The translations under genes were made by a program, and so were the position numbers. The notes under the pieces were generated by a model. That model searched no databases. It was given only the letters and a program-made list of their open reading frames with translations, and was not told where the DNA came from. 46,034 nucleotides of DNA from Octopus bimaculoides (lineage: Eukaryota), in assembly GCF_001194135.2 (NCBI RefSeq), contig NC_068999.1, forward strand, positions 22,944,860-22,990,893. Direction: 5' to 3'. Numbering within the stretch: position 1 is the stretch's first letter; each line of letters starts with the position of its first letter. This document shows, piece by piece, positions 1-11,800 of this stretch.

Positions 1-818
1 ATATATATATATATATAATACGTATGAATAAATTTATATAGGTTTGTGTGTGTGTATGCTTATATACATGTGTATATGTGTGTATGCACTTAAGTAGTTA
101 ATCTATATATATTAAAAACGCAAATACGGAATTAGATAGAGGCACCATGGCTTCGTAGATATACATTTCGCTATTTAAAACACGTAAGGTGGACTCATTA
201 AAGGAACTGAACAACGTCCACCGATCAAAGTATAGAGTGAATATATAAGAAACAAACAATATATATGCACTGCATCTGGCTGAGTTACTGTAGCTCAGAA
301 AGTTGTGACGTCCGTCTTGGCTTATAACATAAATATGATGAGCGGATGTCAATATATTCATTTATAACAATTGTTTTAAACGTTCGTACACCAAATTGTT
401 CACTATTACAGAATGTACAGAACATCCTTCTCTTTTCTTCACTACTTTTGATCTGGTGTATCAAAAGATATCCAGATAAGCGATTGATTGCCGAATCTTG
501 ACCTCAATTATCCTCAATAAGTGATTATTCTTCGTGACAATGAGTGATGAGAGATATGACAGTTTCACTTCCTCTTAGTACTTTAATATTTATGCAATGA
601 GAAGTGTATACACCAGCGAATAGTTAACGTAATATCAGGAGTTCATCTTTTCAATAGTGTCACGATCCTTCATTCTGTTTCCTCCTATCAAAAAATAATC
701 TTTGCTGTCGATGTGATTAGTCAAAAATAAACAATAATTATTAATATATTTACGGTTTATATGTGTGTACATGTGTGTGTGTATTGATGCAATACAACGT
801 GTGTATGTGTATGGCTAC

Positions 819-865
819 TCTGCATTGACAAGGGGCAACACCCTGAAACTAGTCTAGTCTGCAGA
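819..865 (+). ncRNA. Type I hammerhead ribozyme motif, U3-A8 core variant
   Basis: Read from sequence: stem I TCTGCA(819-824)/TGCAGA(860-865); core TTGACAA(825-831); stem II GGGG-CAACA-CCCT(832-844); GAAA(845-848); stem III ACTA-GTC-TAGT(848-858); cleavage triplet GTC ending at 859. Every element falls in hammerhead order. Confidence 0.75.
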
Positions 866-1005
866 TGCCAAGCCAGCAGGGGGACACTGCTGACCTCCCC
901 TGTTCGAGGGTTATAAAGGACACAGGTTCGTGTGTCACATAGCTAGCTAGAGGCGATGGCTTCTTGGAGCTAATTCACGGCAGCTTTCGTCCTAATTTTG
1001 GGACT

Positions 1006-1618
1006 NNNNNNNNNNNNNNNNNNNNNNNNNNNNNNNNNNNNNNNNNNNNNNNNNNNNNNNNNNNNNNNNNNNNNNNNNNNNNNNNNNNNNNNNNNNNNNN
1101 NNNNNNNNNNNNNNNNNNNNNNNNNNNNNNNNNNNNNNNNNNNNNNNNNNNNNNNNNNNNNNNNNNNNNNNNNNNNNNNNNNNNNNNNNNNNNNNNNNNN
1201 NNNNNNNNNNNNNNNNNNNNNNNNNNNNNNNNNNNNNNNNNNNNNNNNNNNNNNNNNNNNNNNNNNNNNNNNNNNNNNNNNNNNNNNNNNNNNNNNNNNN
1301 NNNNNNNNNNNNNNNNNNNNNNNNNNNNNNNNNNNNNNNNNNNNNNNNNNNNNNNNNNNNNNNNNNNNNNNNNNNNNNNNNNNNNNNNNNNNNNNNNNNN
1401 NNNNNNNNNNNNNNNNNNNNNNNNNNNNNNNNNNNNNNNNNNNNNNNNNNNNNNNNNNNNNNNNNNNNNNNNNNNNNNNNNNNNNNNNNNNNNNNNNNNN
1501 NNNNNNNNNNNNNNNNNNNNNNNNNNNNNNNNNNNNNNNNNNNNNNNNNNNNNNNNNNNNNNNNNNNNNNNNNNNNNNNNNNNNNNNNNNNNNNNNNNNN
1601 NNNNNNNNNNNNNNNNNN
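1006..1618. other. Assembly gap (N run)
   Basis: 613 N. Other gaps lie at 11290-11534, 17135-17452, 30826-30835, 31563-31962 and 34543-34916. Confidence 1.
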
Positions 1619-2478
1619 AATATAACAGGAAATAAGAATAAAATACATCGAAAGAATAGCTGCTCTAAAAATTTAAATTATTCTACTGATCCTCAAAAAC
1701 AAAAAAGATACTATTACACTTGTTTCTTTGCGTATAACAGTCTAGTCTTGTTTTTGTTACTTTTTTCACAAAAGATTCCTTTAGATATGTGATAAAACTA
1801 CTTCCCTGTATAACTCCAATGAACCCCCACAACACAACAAAGCAAATAATAATCATACTAGTTAGTCTAAATTTATTGAATAACAGTTTTAATAAAAACA
1901 ATTCTTCATGTTGATCGTCTGGTACTTTGATCATATGCTTCATCAGACCATTAGTAAACATTTCCATCGCTCTTTAACAAAGTGTCTTCTACCAAAGTGG
2001 CAAAGCATAAACATTATTTTGTCTAATAGATTTCAGTAAACTAAAAGCAAAGCAAAAATGTAAAGAAAGAAAAGAAAACATTATTGAATTTAGAAATATT
2101 TCTTTCAACATTATTTTGTCTTTTAGTATCCAGTCATATACAATGAACAGTATTTTTGAGGAATCTTTTGGGGTGGGAGTGGGATAGAATCCTAAAGAAC
2201 TGATGGCAATGCTCGTTTTTTTTTTCAATCTTAAATAACATAATCAGCATTTTTGTTACACTCATTATCATGTTTTCCTTTTATTTGATCAAAAACTTTT
2301 TGGTAATATTTATCGCCTTATTAAATAAAAATTATTTTATAAAGACATGCTTGTTTATTTTTTATTATATTCATTTAACAGCTCACACATCTATTGTAAT
2401 GTACATGCATTACCACCCCTGCACATCATTGGTAAATCTTTCTTTAGCAACACTGTACAACTCACGTGCTATATATCT

Positions 2479-2535
2479 CTTCTCTTTATCTCTTCTCTTT
2501 ATCTCTTCTCTTTATCTCTTCTCTTTATCTCTTCT
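2479..2535. repeat. 14-bp minisatellite (TCTCTTTATCTCTT) x4
   Basis: Tandem copies visible directly. Confidence 0.9.
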
Positions 2536-2641
2536 TGTACCACTGAAACTGTTTCTGGTCCACTGATTTTGTCAAATCTGTATCACTCTTTTCCGTTAAT
2601 AACTCCTATATATTAACTTTTTCAATTCTTTTTCCCCAGAA

Positions 2642-2644
<3 letters not shown>

Positions 2645-2717
<73 letters not shown>
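2645..2717. repeat. (CT)n microsatellite
   Basis: Direct. Confidence 0.98.
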
Positions 2718-2720
<3 letters not shown>

Positions 2721-2791
2721 ATCCTGTTTTACTTCCAGAAATTAACCTTCAGAAATCCAAAATGATCATCAAAGAAATCAATCTTACTACA

Positions 2792-3043
2792 CTATCCCTG
2801 AGAGGTCCGGCGATTGTTATATCCTTTCTTCCTCAGCCTGAATAATAACATTAACGTTCTAGTCGAACCCCATTTAGTGGAGAAGGCTTCCTGTTCAGTT
2901 GAACATGTACGCCATAAACGTGACACAGTTGAAATGGTTTCAGTTTTTAGTTTCATATCTGTTGTAAAAAGCTTGAGCCTCGCATAGTCATATAGCATCT
3001 CCTCTTTTAAACTAAAAACTGCGTACGTTAAATGTTTATATTT
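2792..3043 (-). CDS. Weak candidate terminal coding exon (83 aa, KYKHLTYAV...RRTSQG*), product unknown
   Basis: Strong minus-strand acceptor TTTCTTTTCTTTTCAG. Only the phase-0 frame stays open, to TAG at 2792-2794. No homology recognised. Confidence 0.2.
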   Translation of the reverse strand, partial: KYKHLTYAVFSLKEEMLYDYARLKLFTTDMKLKTETISTVSRLWRTCSTEQEAFSTKWGSTRTLMLLFRLRKKGYNNRRTSQG

Positions 3044-3476
3044 CTGAAAAGAAAAGAAAGGATGCGAAGTTGGCACATACTAAAATAGGTCAGATTTTAT
3101 CACAGTATCTTGTGAGTTAAAATTACTACTCTTCAGTCTGCTCTACCTTCACGTATTTTCCCTTTCCCTTTCATTTGAAGCTGGTGAAATAAATAATATA
3201 CTGATATAGATTATGTATAGTACTCTCATTCTCTGCGAAATTAGTCTTAATCTGTGAAAGATGATATTTCTACACAAAATACTAGATTTCTATATAATAT
3301 TGTAGAAATTTCTTTTAATCAGTGAAAGATTACATATTTATAGATTTTTCACAACTCGAGAATGGTAAACCTAATCCAAAATTTCATTTATTAGAATCCT
3401 ATACAACGACAATCGTTTACTCCAGTTTATAATGATTTATATATATATATATATATATTACTGTCCAGGAGTTTAT

Positions 3477-3543
<67 letters not shown>
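3477..3543. repeat. (TAA)n microsatellite
   Basis: About 22 units, abutting an inverted (ATT)3 that forms the tail of the adjacent element. Confidence 0.98.
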
Positions 3544-3544
<1 letters not shown>

Positions 3545-4097
3545 CATTATTATTGAGTGGGAGAGCGGTGCATGCCATCAAATGACACTGGGGTAAAAAA
3601 TACGAAGCCCAGTACACCCATCATGACTACATGCCTGGTAAGGGTACACCAGGCACATGCATCACAATCATATATGCGTAACATGGTGATCTCATATCAA
3701 GTTAAACAGTGCATGACCTTGCAGGTGGGGCCTAATTAGAATTTTCTTCAGGTCGAGTAGCCCATCCCTCTCAAAAGGTCCCTGAATAAGGGTTGTTTGA
3801 GGATGTTGAACGAAACACCCATGTTTCCAAAGGTGAATTATCCAAACTCCAAAGAATTCCTCTCAACACGTGGCTTTGATGTCCCCCACTACTTCTGCTT
3901 GTGATCAGAAATGCACATATCGTCAGTCACTTAGGGACATGCTCAACTGGTTATGGTCAAACAGTTGACATCAAGTCTGTGGTATTGAGCATAATATTTG
4001 CTGTAGCCCATCTTTTATACCAAGACAAAACAATGTAGATGATAACACTTCCAATCAGTTAAGATCAGAAGCCACGAGAGCCACTGCCTGGTACTAC
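3545..4097 (-). mobile_element. ~550-bp non-coding retroelement module with (AAT)n tail (SINE-like element or LINE 3' UTR)
   Basis: Minus strand ends ...CACTCAATAATAAT. It is fused to the LINE below immediately after the RHD..HSLG segment. Recognised from memory as an abundant octopus repeat (not verified). Confidence 0.55.
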
Positions 4098-7005
4098 CCA
4101 GTGAATGTTGTACTGCTCTATCATGCCTGCTGAGATACTCTGTAGGCGCAAGAAGACTGCACATGGAGACAGTATGATCAATAGTTTCATTTTGTTGTTG
4201 ACATACACGACATGTTGGGCTACTGCCGTTCTTTAATACGTTGGCCTGGTAGTTCTTTGTAGGTAGGCTTTGATCGTGGGCTGCTCTTATAAACCCTTCT
4301 GTTTCTGATTTTAATCCAGAAGACACTAACCATTGATGGGTAAGAGTTTTGTCAACATCGGAGCTATTAGCTCTCTTTGTGTATATGACATTGAGAGGTT
4401 TTTCTTGCCATTTATCTGTAAGAATATCTAAGGCAGAAGTTTTAGCACGGGTTTTCATACGCTTAGCTTTTTCTGTGCTTGTTGCTAGTGCGTCTAATTC
4501 TGGAATTTGTTGCATTTGGAATTCACTTAGATATTCCTTTACTTGTTTTGTTACTGAGTATGATGCTTTCATGTTTTCATGCTTTGAGGAAAGTTTTAAC
4601 ATCCAGTCATCAGAGTTTTTCAGGTAGGTGTCTAGGCCAGTTGTGGCAAGCTTCATTGTTAATATCAGTTGTAAAAGTCCACGGCCATCCTCTTTTCTTG
4701 GCAGGTAAAGTCGTTATCTATCTGCCTAAAGGTGGTGCATTCTATGCATTGTCAACAATTTTCGTATTTTCCTGTCAAGGTTACATATTTCAGTAATTGG
4801 CTAGTTAATGGTATTGAAACTGTAAGTCACGATTGGTGAGGCTGAAGTATTGATCATTTCGATCCTGTTTCTTGCATTCAGCTCTGTCTTGAGTATTGCT
4901 CTTACCCTGCGATAACATTCTCTTCTGATCCTTTCCCTCATCACTGAATGTTTGATTCCGTCCCCTTAAAATACCCCTAGGTATTTGTAGCTCTCCGCTG
5001 GTTCTAACTCCTTTGACATTCTGCTGGTCAAGATTAACATTGGATATTTCTGTCATTTTTCCTTCGATAAAGGTAGCTTTTGCACATTTATCGAGGCCAA
5101 ATTGCATCCTGATGTCATCACTGAATTGTTTAACAATCACTAGTAAGCCCTTGAGTTGTTGGTCATTTTTTGCAAAGAGCTTTAAATCATCCATGTAAAT
5201 GAGATGATTTATAATTTCAAACATTTTATAACCGTACTGTACATCATCGAACAATTTCGAGAGAGGTATTAAGGCTAGACAAAAGAAGAGAGCTGATAGA
5301 GAGTCACCCGGGAGAATGCCACATGGAATTCTTACATCTCGAACATTAAGAGATTCATTGTCACTGTTCAAAGTCAGTATGGTTCTCCATGATCTCATAC
5401 TTCCAGACAAGAAGTTTCGCATAGTTGGTGCTATTTTATACATTTCCAGACATTTCCTAATCCTGCTATGTGGTAGACTATCAAAAGCCTTTTTATAGTC
5501 TATACAGACTATCAACAAGTTTTTGTGTCGTTTGTGACAATCTTGCAAAATCATCTTATTGATGAGTAGCTGATCTTTGCAACCGTGGGACCCACGTTTA
5601 CATCATTTTTGCTCATTAGGTAATATGCCACTGTCTATAGAAAAAATATAGGTATATTCAGTCAAGACAGATGCTAGCATTTTATACATTGCTGTCAAGC
5701 AGGTTATGGGTCTATAATTTTTTGGTTCGTTTGTTTCTTCATTTTTTGGAAGTTGGAACGTTACACCATTAACTAGCCAAGAGGGAATTGTACTGGGTTG
5801 TTGCAAAACATTGTTGTAAAGTTTGGTAGCAGTTCATGGCTCTCTAGGAAGGCATTCAACCAGAAGTTAGGAATTTTATCCTTTCCTGGAGACTTCCGTT
5901 TGCTTGACTTCCTGAGAGCAGATCTTACACCCTCTACCTTGATACCCTCCCACTTTTGCTCTTCTAAGGGGTCTAAGTCTGTAGATATTCTATTAACGCA
6001 AGGGACCTTTTCATTGTGTGTTTTTTCTTCTGCCCAACTTTTATTCCAAAATTCCCGCACTTCTTTTGATGGGACAGACTTTACCGTAACTGGTATTTTC
6101 CCTATCTTTCTGTAAAAATTTTTGGGTTATTTTTGAACATCTTGTTGTCCTTGAGGAATCTAACGCGCTTTCCATATCATGCCATGCGGGAAGCTTTAGC
6201 ACATACCTTTTGCTTGATAGTTTCTATGATGGTATCGATGTCAAATATGGTTTTCATTGTATTTTTTTTTTTTTCAATTTTCGAATCTTTGTTTGTTGCT
6301 TTGATGTCTTGTTAAACTTAAGGTTTTTTAAACATCCTATGTCAGACCTAAGTAGTTGAATTTGGTGTTGAATACGTTCTTGCCAAGAAGGCTTTTTTGT
6401 GGGAATGTTTTCATTTTCTAATCTTTTCACCACATAGAATCGTTGAGATTTTCGTGGATGCATAGTACAAGTGGCTGAGAAGTGCTTGGCAACATTTCTT
6501 CTGGTTCTTTAGGTTCTGAATTCAAATACCGTCCAAGTCAACGTTGATTTTTATCTTTTAGGGATCAATAAAATAAAGTACCAGTCAATATCTCAACCCC
6601 AGTTAAGTCTAATGATTTCTTTAGAGAAGTGGTGTTTCTTAATTTGGAGGAGATAACAAGTCGTTCTTCGACAGACAATATCCGCCGGATGCTTGTTGTC
6701 ACAATCGTTCCATTCTCATTGTTATAGTCTTCCTGGGCTGCCTCTGTCTTTTTTTTTTTTTTTGTACTTCTACAAGGTCAGTGACGGTAATTGTTACTTG
6801 TCTTTCCTTTTCACCAGCAGTAGCTGCCTATTAGTGGATACAGAGAGAGAACGCCCTCAACACAACACAATCAGTGTCCCTCAATGTTCATCTAGGGGAG
6901 GGGGTTCTTTCAGACGTTTTGCGGGTGTTCTCAAGTTCCAGGACTGCAATATTTTGGCTGTTAATAATGTGGCGTCCAACATCAGAAAGCTAATCAGCCT
7001 CTAGG
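4098..7005 (-). mobile_element. Decayed R4/Dong-clade non-LTR retrotransposon (RT + CCHC knuckle; RLE domain missing)
   Basis: Frameshifted ORF pieces: KSPGKDKIPNFW, NYRPITCL, IDYKKAFDSLPH, GILPGDSLS, YMDDLKLFAK, QFGLDKCA, ETEGFIRAAHDQ, CRVC-X8-H-X4-C, RHD. YMDDLKL plus a CCHC knuckle and no APE domain are typical of R4/Dong elements. Confidence 0.9.
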
Positions 7006-7130
7006 TTCACTCAGCCGATGTAGTGTTTATTTTCCTTCACCAGATGTTGTAGGCAGCATTAGGCATTGATGTTACGTTTAGATTCAGTACTGCAATGTAG
7101 AACGCTTCCATGAGATTTTCATACTTTTTT

Positions 7131-7270
7131 ATGGCTTAGTGGTCAAGGTGCTCAGCTTATAATCATTTGATACCCCGTGGCACATTGTGTCCTTGAGCAC
7201 GACACTTTATTTCACGTTGCTCCATTCCAATCAGCTGCAAAAATGAGTAGTACCTGTTCTACTCGGGGTC
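7131..7270 (+). mobile_element. tRNA-derived SINE, family C, partial
   Basis: A-box-like TGGCTTAGTGG, followed by TTGTGTCCTTGAGCACGACACTTTATTTCACGTTGCTCC. A degraded relative lies at 35607-35725. Confidence 0.7.
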
Positions 7271-7429
7271 GTTTAAATAAAGTACAAGTCTAAGTACTAG
7301 AGTCGATGCTATCTTCCAGCATCCCCTAAAGAAACTATTGTTGACCTCGTGCCTAAATCAAATGCCAACATTATTACTGTTATTATATCAACGGAGAAAT
7401 ATTAGTCTCTATTGCACATATATAATGGC

Positions 7430-7520
7430 ATTTATCAATATTAACAGTATTATCAATATTAACAATATTATCAATGTTTATCAATATTATCGGTATTAGC
7501 AATATTAACAGTAATTTTCA
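7430..7520. repeat. Degenerate 9-bp minisatellite (ATCAATATT/ATTAACAGT)
   Basis: Direct. Confidence 0.75.
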
Positions 7521-7575
7521 ATACTACCAAAAATAATAGTATTATCACTATTATGTGTATGATAAGAATTATCAA

Positions 7576-7662
7576 GAAAGCGGCTAGCTGGCTGAAATAT
7601 CACTCAGCATTTTGCCCGTCCTTACATTCTGAGTTCAAGTTCTACCGAGGTCGACTTTACCA
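7576..7662 (+). mobile_element. tRNA-derived SINE, family A, 5' fragment
   Basis: GCGGCTAGCTGGC head, B-box-like GAGTTCAAGTTC, and GAGGTCGACTTTACC shared with the other family A copies. Confidence 0.75.
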
Positions 7663-8315
7663 TTAAAAATATTGTTTTAATACAAAAACAGCACAGGTTT
7701 ACCAATAGGAAGCTGTATAAACAAGGCATGGACTGCCGTTTGTATCCAGCAGCGGGCCTTATTGAGATATTATTCATTATAAATTGGGCTACACGGTTAA
7801 AAGGATAAATTCAAAAATATACTATGCCATACAGACCATATTACTCAAAGTGAATCATAAAATTTGATCAAAACCAGACGTGCGTGAATGAATGATAATG
7901 AGGAAATGGTTCAAATTAAAAGTCAGGCATAAAAATTATGTTAGGAAATGTTAGTAAAATGTTTTGTAAAAGATGTAAAGAATAACACTTGCCCGAATGC
8001 TGTAAGCTTTCCTTTATAGAATTAATGTTAAGATTATTAATGTTGTTTTTATTGTAAAGTTTTGTGATAGAGGGAGAGTCATGACTATACTGCGTGTGAG
8101 TTTTGGGATATAGAAGCGTTTTGTGTGTAAAACAGTGTAGTGTAGCAAAATGCTTCGGATGGTTGGTTCCATTATCTTCATGCTATAAATGGATGTTACT
8201 GCATTCCTGCAGGCTAAGAATTATTCTAATTCAGCATTTCGGTATTAGCTAATGATCCTGTCTTAGGAATCTAATTCTTCCAGCTGGCAGCGCATGGGAA
8301 AGAAATATTACTGTT

Positions 8316-8608
8316 CTCAATAAGCCATGGAAACCACATCCAACGAAAGAAGAGCTTTATCCCCCATATATCATCAACCGTTCGAGAGCGGATAGGATAT
8401 GCTGGTCACTGCTATCAAAGTAAAGATGAATTAGTGAGAGAGCTCCTTTTTGTAGATCCCGAGTCACGGGAATTCTCATGTCGGACGACCCAGAATGACG
8501 TACATTGATCAACACTCTAATGATGTCGAGTCACAAATAGAAGACTTCAAAAATGTCACGGAAGACCAAAACACTTGGAGAGAAAGAGTAATTTTGGTCC
8601 GAGCATAA
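8316..8608 (+). mobile_element. RTE-X-like LINE 3' end fragment
   Basis: Frameshifted translation NKPWKPHPTKEELY..ISSTVRER..YAGHCYQSKDELV..GRPRMTYIDQ..D..WRERV..VRA* matches the RTE-clade C-terminus (WK.HPT, AGHC.R, GRP..TY.DQ, WR..V). Confidence 0.7.
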
Positions 8609-8737
8609 CACCCGAAACGACAGATAGTTTGGAATAGACCTAGTAACACAAACTTGTATAATTAAATGATTAAGATTCATAGCACGTGGAGGATTTGTAA
8701 TCCAATTATATCAATATATGACCAACATATTTACAAG

Positions 8738-8934
8738 AATGGTTTCAAATTTTGGCACAAGGCCAGCACTTTCGAGGGAAAGGATAAGTGCCTAGCTGGT
8801 ACTTATTTTATCGACTCTAGAAGGATGAAAGGCAAAGCGAACCTCGGCGGAATTTGAACTCAGAACGTAAAGACAGACAAAATGCCGCTAAGCATTTTGC
8901 CCGACGTACCAACGATTCTGCCAGCTCGCCGCTT
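8738..8934 (-). mobile_element. tRNA-derived SINE, family A, full length
   Basis: Minus strand starts AAGCGGCGAGCTGGCAGAATC, contains GAGTTCAAATTCCGCCGAGG and ends CCTTGTGCCAAAATTTGAAACC. Confidence 0.9.
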
Positions 8935-9309
8935 TATAATGTGTTATAATAATATACCGACGTAAATAGATGTTCAGTGGTATTCTCCATAATTTTCCGT
9001 TTGAACTTTTAGCTAAAACGTTTCTTCACTAAGAAATCAAATATATATTTATATTTAATGACTTACAATTTATATCCATTATTAAGAAAAATAAAAGAGT
9101 AATTTCTTCTTTTTGTATATTTTCCATACCTGACTTGCAAACGGAATGTCTCGGAGCATATTACTAACAAAATATTTTAAAGAATTAATGTCAGTAAAAA
9201 TAATCATTATTTATTTTACACTCAATACAATCAAGGAGTGAAATGATACCAAAAAGGAAAGGAAATGGAACTGAAAATTCAGTATCGAAAGAGGGTCGAA
9301 GAGAATATC

Positions 9310-9465
9310 GTTTGTTCTTTGATTACCTTCCCTCCTTCGGGAATCGATAACGTAAGTACCAGACAAAGTATTTGGTGGGCACTATAACCAACTAAACCAT
9401 TGAACGCGTTAACCCTGTATGATCGCAGTTCAATGACTGAAATCAGCAACAGAATAAAAGGAAAA
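9310..9465 (+). mobile_element. Degraded SINE 3' part
   Basis: CCTTCGGGAATCGATAACGTAAGTACCAG and GCAGTTCAATGACTGAAATC resemble the family A middle and the family B tail. Confidence 0.45.
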
Positions 9466-10704
9466 ATGTAGACCGTCTAGCTAAATATCAAAACACTTAG
9501 TGTTGATCTGTGAATATTGAAATAACAGAATATAGGGGAAATTTTGAAAATCGCTTTATAAAATAAATGTTTAAATAGTATATGAAATAATATTGAAAAT
9601 GTGAAATAAAGTTTTAAAATGTTCAATATCTCATTTAGCAATTTTATTTTTGTGGTTAAAAATCACACCACCATCCGCTAAACTGAATTTTGTACTGAAT
9701 ATTCATGAAAACGGAAAGAGTATTCGTGGGATTACAGAACTGCAGAGTTACGCTTCATTCATATTTCACAGCTACAAAGATACGGACATATGGCCAAGTC
9801 AATGTAAAAATGAGGAAATGCGTGTTTACTGCACTAAATGGCACTCGCCAGTTTCCTGTGCCAAAAAAATAAACCAAGACCAGAAGAGAAACTTATACAC
9901 TGCAATTCAAAATATAAAACATAAATAGAACACAAAATGCGCAACCAAAGTAGTTAAATTATGCAAGAGGAAATGAATAAAACATTCGTGAATATTATAG
10001 ATGAGGAAGAGGATCAATTAACAGTAATAAAGTGTGAATGACAAAAACGGCCAACTTGATGACATAAACACTAACCATAATCTAAAATTCAATAGTACTC
10101 TACACCGAAAAGTAACTTATAAATAATGTATCAATGTTTAATGAATGTAATATATTAATCTTTCATCTTAATAGCCATAGCATTGAAAGTTTTACCCTCT
10201 AGGATCATTTAGGGCTTTTGAAACAAATTTAGTGTGATTAGTTTCAATGGAAATGGCTTGAAGTTAATAAAATTTATATAACGTGATTATACACACTGTA
10301 GTAAACCGTGAAGTATATATGAATAAAAGAAAAAATGTGTGGGAGTATCGATAATGGCTTCCGATTCTTTGACAGTTCAAGTGTCATTCAAGAGCGACAT
10401 AAATTTTACTTACTCATGAGAATATATTCTGACAGAAGTCGTATGATCAAACATTGTAGCAGGATGTATACATGGGCCACTGAAATCTAAAACATATTTT
10501 TGCAAAACTAAAACTCCACATTGATTCAAATAGAAAATAGTGAAAGGAAGCGATTTATTCTTGGCCTTAAGTCCTCAACTCATAATGTAGAGTGACTTTT
10601 TTTACAGCTGGCAGCGCCCATCACTCTCCATTTCTGATTATAACCGATTTTTTTTTCCAGAAAGAGCGACACAGACAGAAAAAAAAACTTGATGCTGCAC
10701 AGAG

Positions 10705-10810
10705 CTGATTCCTTATTTATCGACCCTGAAATGATAACAGGCATGGTTGGCTTCGGTAGTATTCGAATTCAGGGTGCAGTGAGCCAAACGAATACCGCAA
10801 AGTAATCTAA
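10705..10810 (-). mobile_element. Degraded SINE family A fragment
   Basis: TTATTTATCGACCC..GAAATGATAA..GGC..TTCGG..ATTCGAATTCAG aligns by eye with other family A copies. Confidence 0.55.
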
Positions 10811-11109
10811 CCAAAGTACCTACAACTTGGCCAATTTAGCAATCTTATCATAGATACCAGTGAAATAGGTAATTCACAAGAGGGAAGAAATCTTTTAACC
10901 AAACAATTCTTTTTATACACAGCGAATCAACAATTGATTATATATTCTCAAATACATGCATTATACACCCTTTTTTCAGTGCAATGTTGAGTTCCGACAT
11001 TTCAGATCATTTACCTATATTTACTATAATGAGATAAAGACACAGAAGGATCAATAATAAATATATTTATACAGTAGTAAATGTAACTACAGTAATAAAA
11101 CTAAAGAAA

Positions 11110-11534
11110 TTGGCTGTGAGTAAAAGCATTAAAAAGATATGTGACTGTAATGATCCAAATTCTGCATACATTTTGATTAAAACTTTAAATAACGAAATTT
11201 CTGAATGCATACCGATTAAAGCAAGCACTAATATCAACCATTCACAGCCTCAGTACATCAAACCAAGCCTACGGTGTCTCCATATATATNNNNNNNNNNN
11301 NNNNNNNNNNNNNNNNNNNNNNNNNNNNNNNNNNNNNNNNNNNNNNNNNNNNNNNNNNNNNNNNNNNNNNNNNNNNNNNNNNNNNNNNNNNNNNNNNNNN
11401 NNNNNNNNNNNNNNNNNNNNNNNNNNNNNNNNNNNNNNNNNNNNNNNNNNNNNNNNNNNNNNNNNNNNNNNNNNNNNNNNNNNNNNNNNNNNNNNNNNNN
11501 NNNNNNNNNNNNNNNNNNNNNNNNNNNNNNNNNN

Positions 11535-11573
<39 letters not shown>

Positions 11574-11800
11574 GGACGGTGTTGCTACTATACATACAAG
11601 TACCTTAAACCGATTTGTTACCAAAACACTTCAACAAATTTTTCACTAGACCATCGGTACAAAGCGAACCAATGTACTATATAAAACAGAGTATCCGGAC
11701 CAACCCCACAGTTATCAAGAGGAAACTACTCCATGAAGCTTATCGCATCAGCTGACCATAAATTGTCGAGCTGTCCAGGAAAATGTGCTTCCAAAGAATA
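11110..11800 (+). mobile_element. CR1/L2-like LINE ORF2 linker fragment, interrupted by (AT)n and a gap
   Basis: CNDPNSAY..I..L..EISECIPIK..QPQYIKPSL..L, then after the gap YKYLKP. This resembles the endonuclease-RT linker of CR1/L2-group LINEs. Confidence 0.4.

Noticed and set aside
98-361. 87-aa minus ORF
   Set aside because: No motif or splice support.
964-1792. Long ORFs spanning N runs (also 11110-11684, 17008-17710, 31361-32090, 34526-35044)
   Set aside because: Open only because N codons contain no stops. Only 34964-35046 has independent splice support.
6780-7005. Possible HDV-like ribozyme in the R4/Dong 5' UTR
   Set aside because: A nested double pseudoknot could not be built by eye. 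It needs a structural search.
8738-8934. tRNA-like A/B boxes as tRNA genes
   Set aside because: They continue into shared SINE bodies and tails, and no full cloverleaf or anticodon arm could be drawn.
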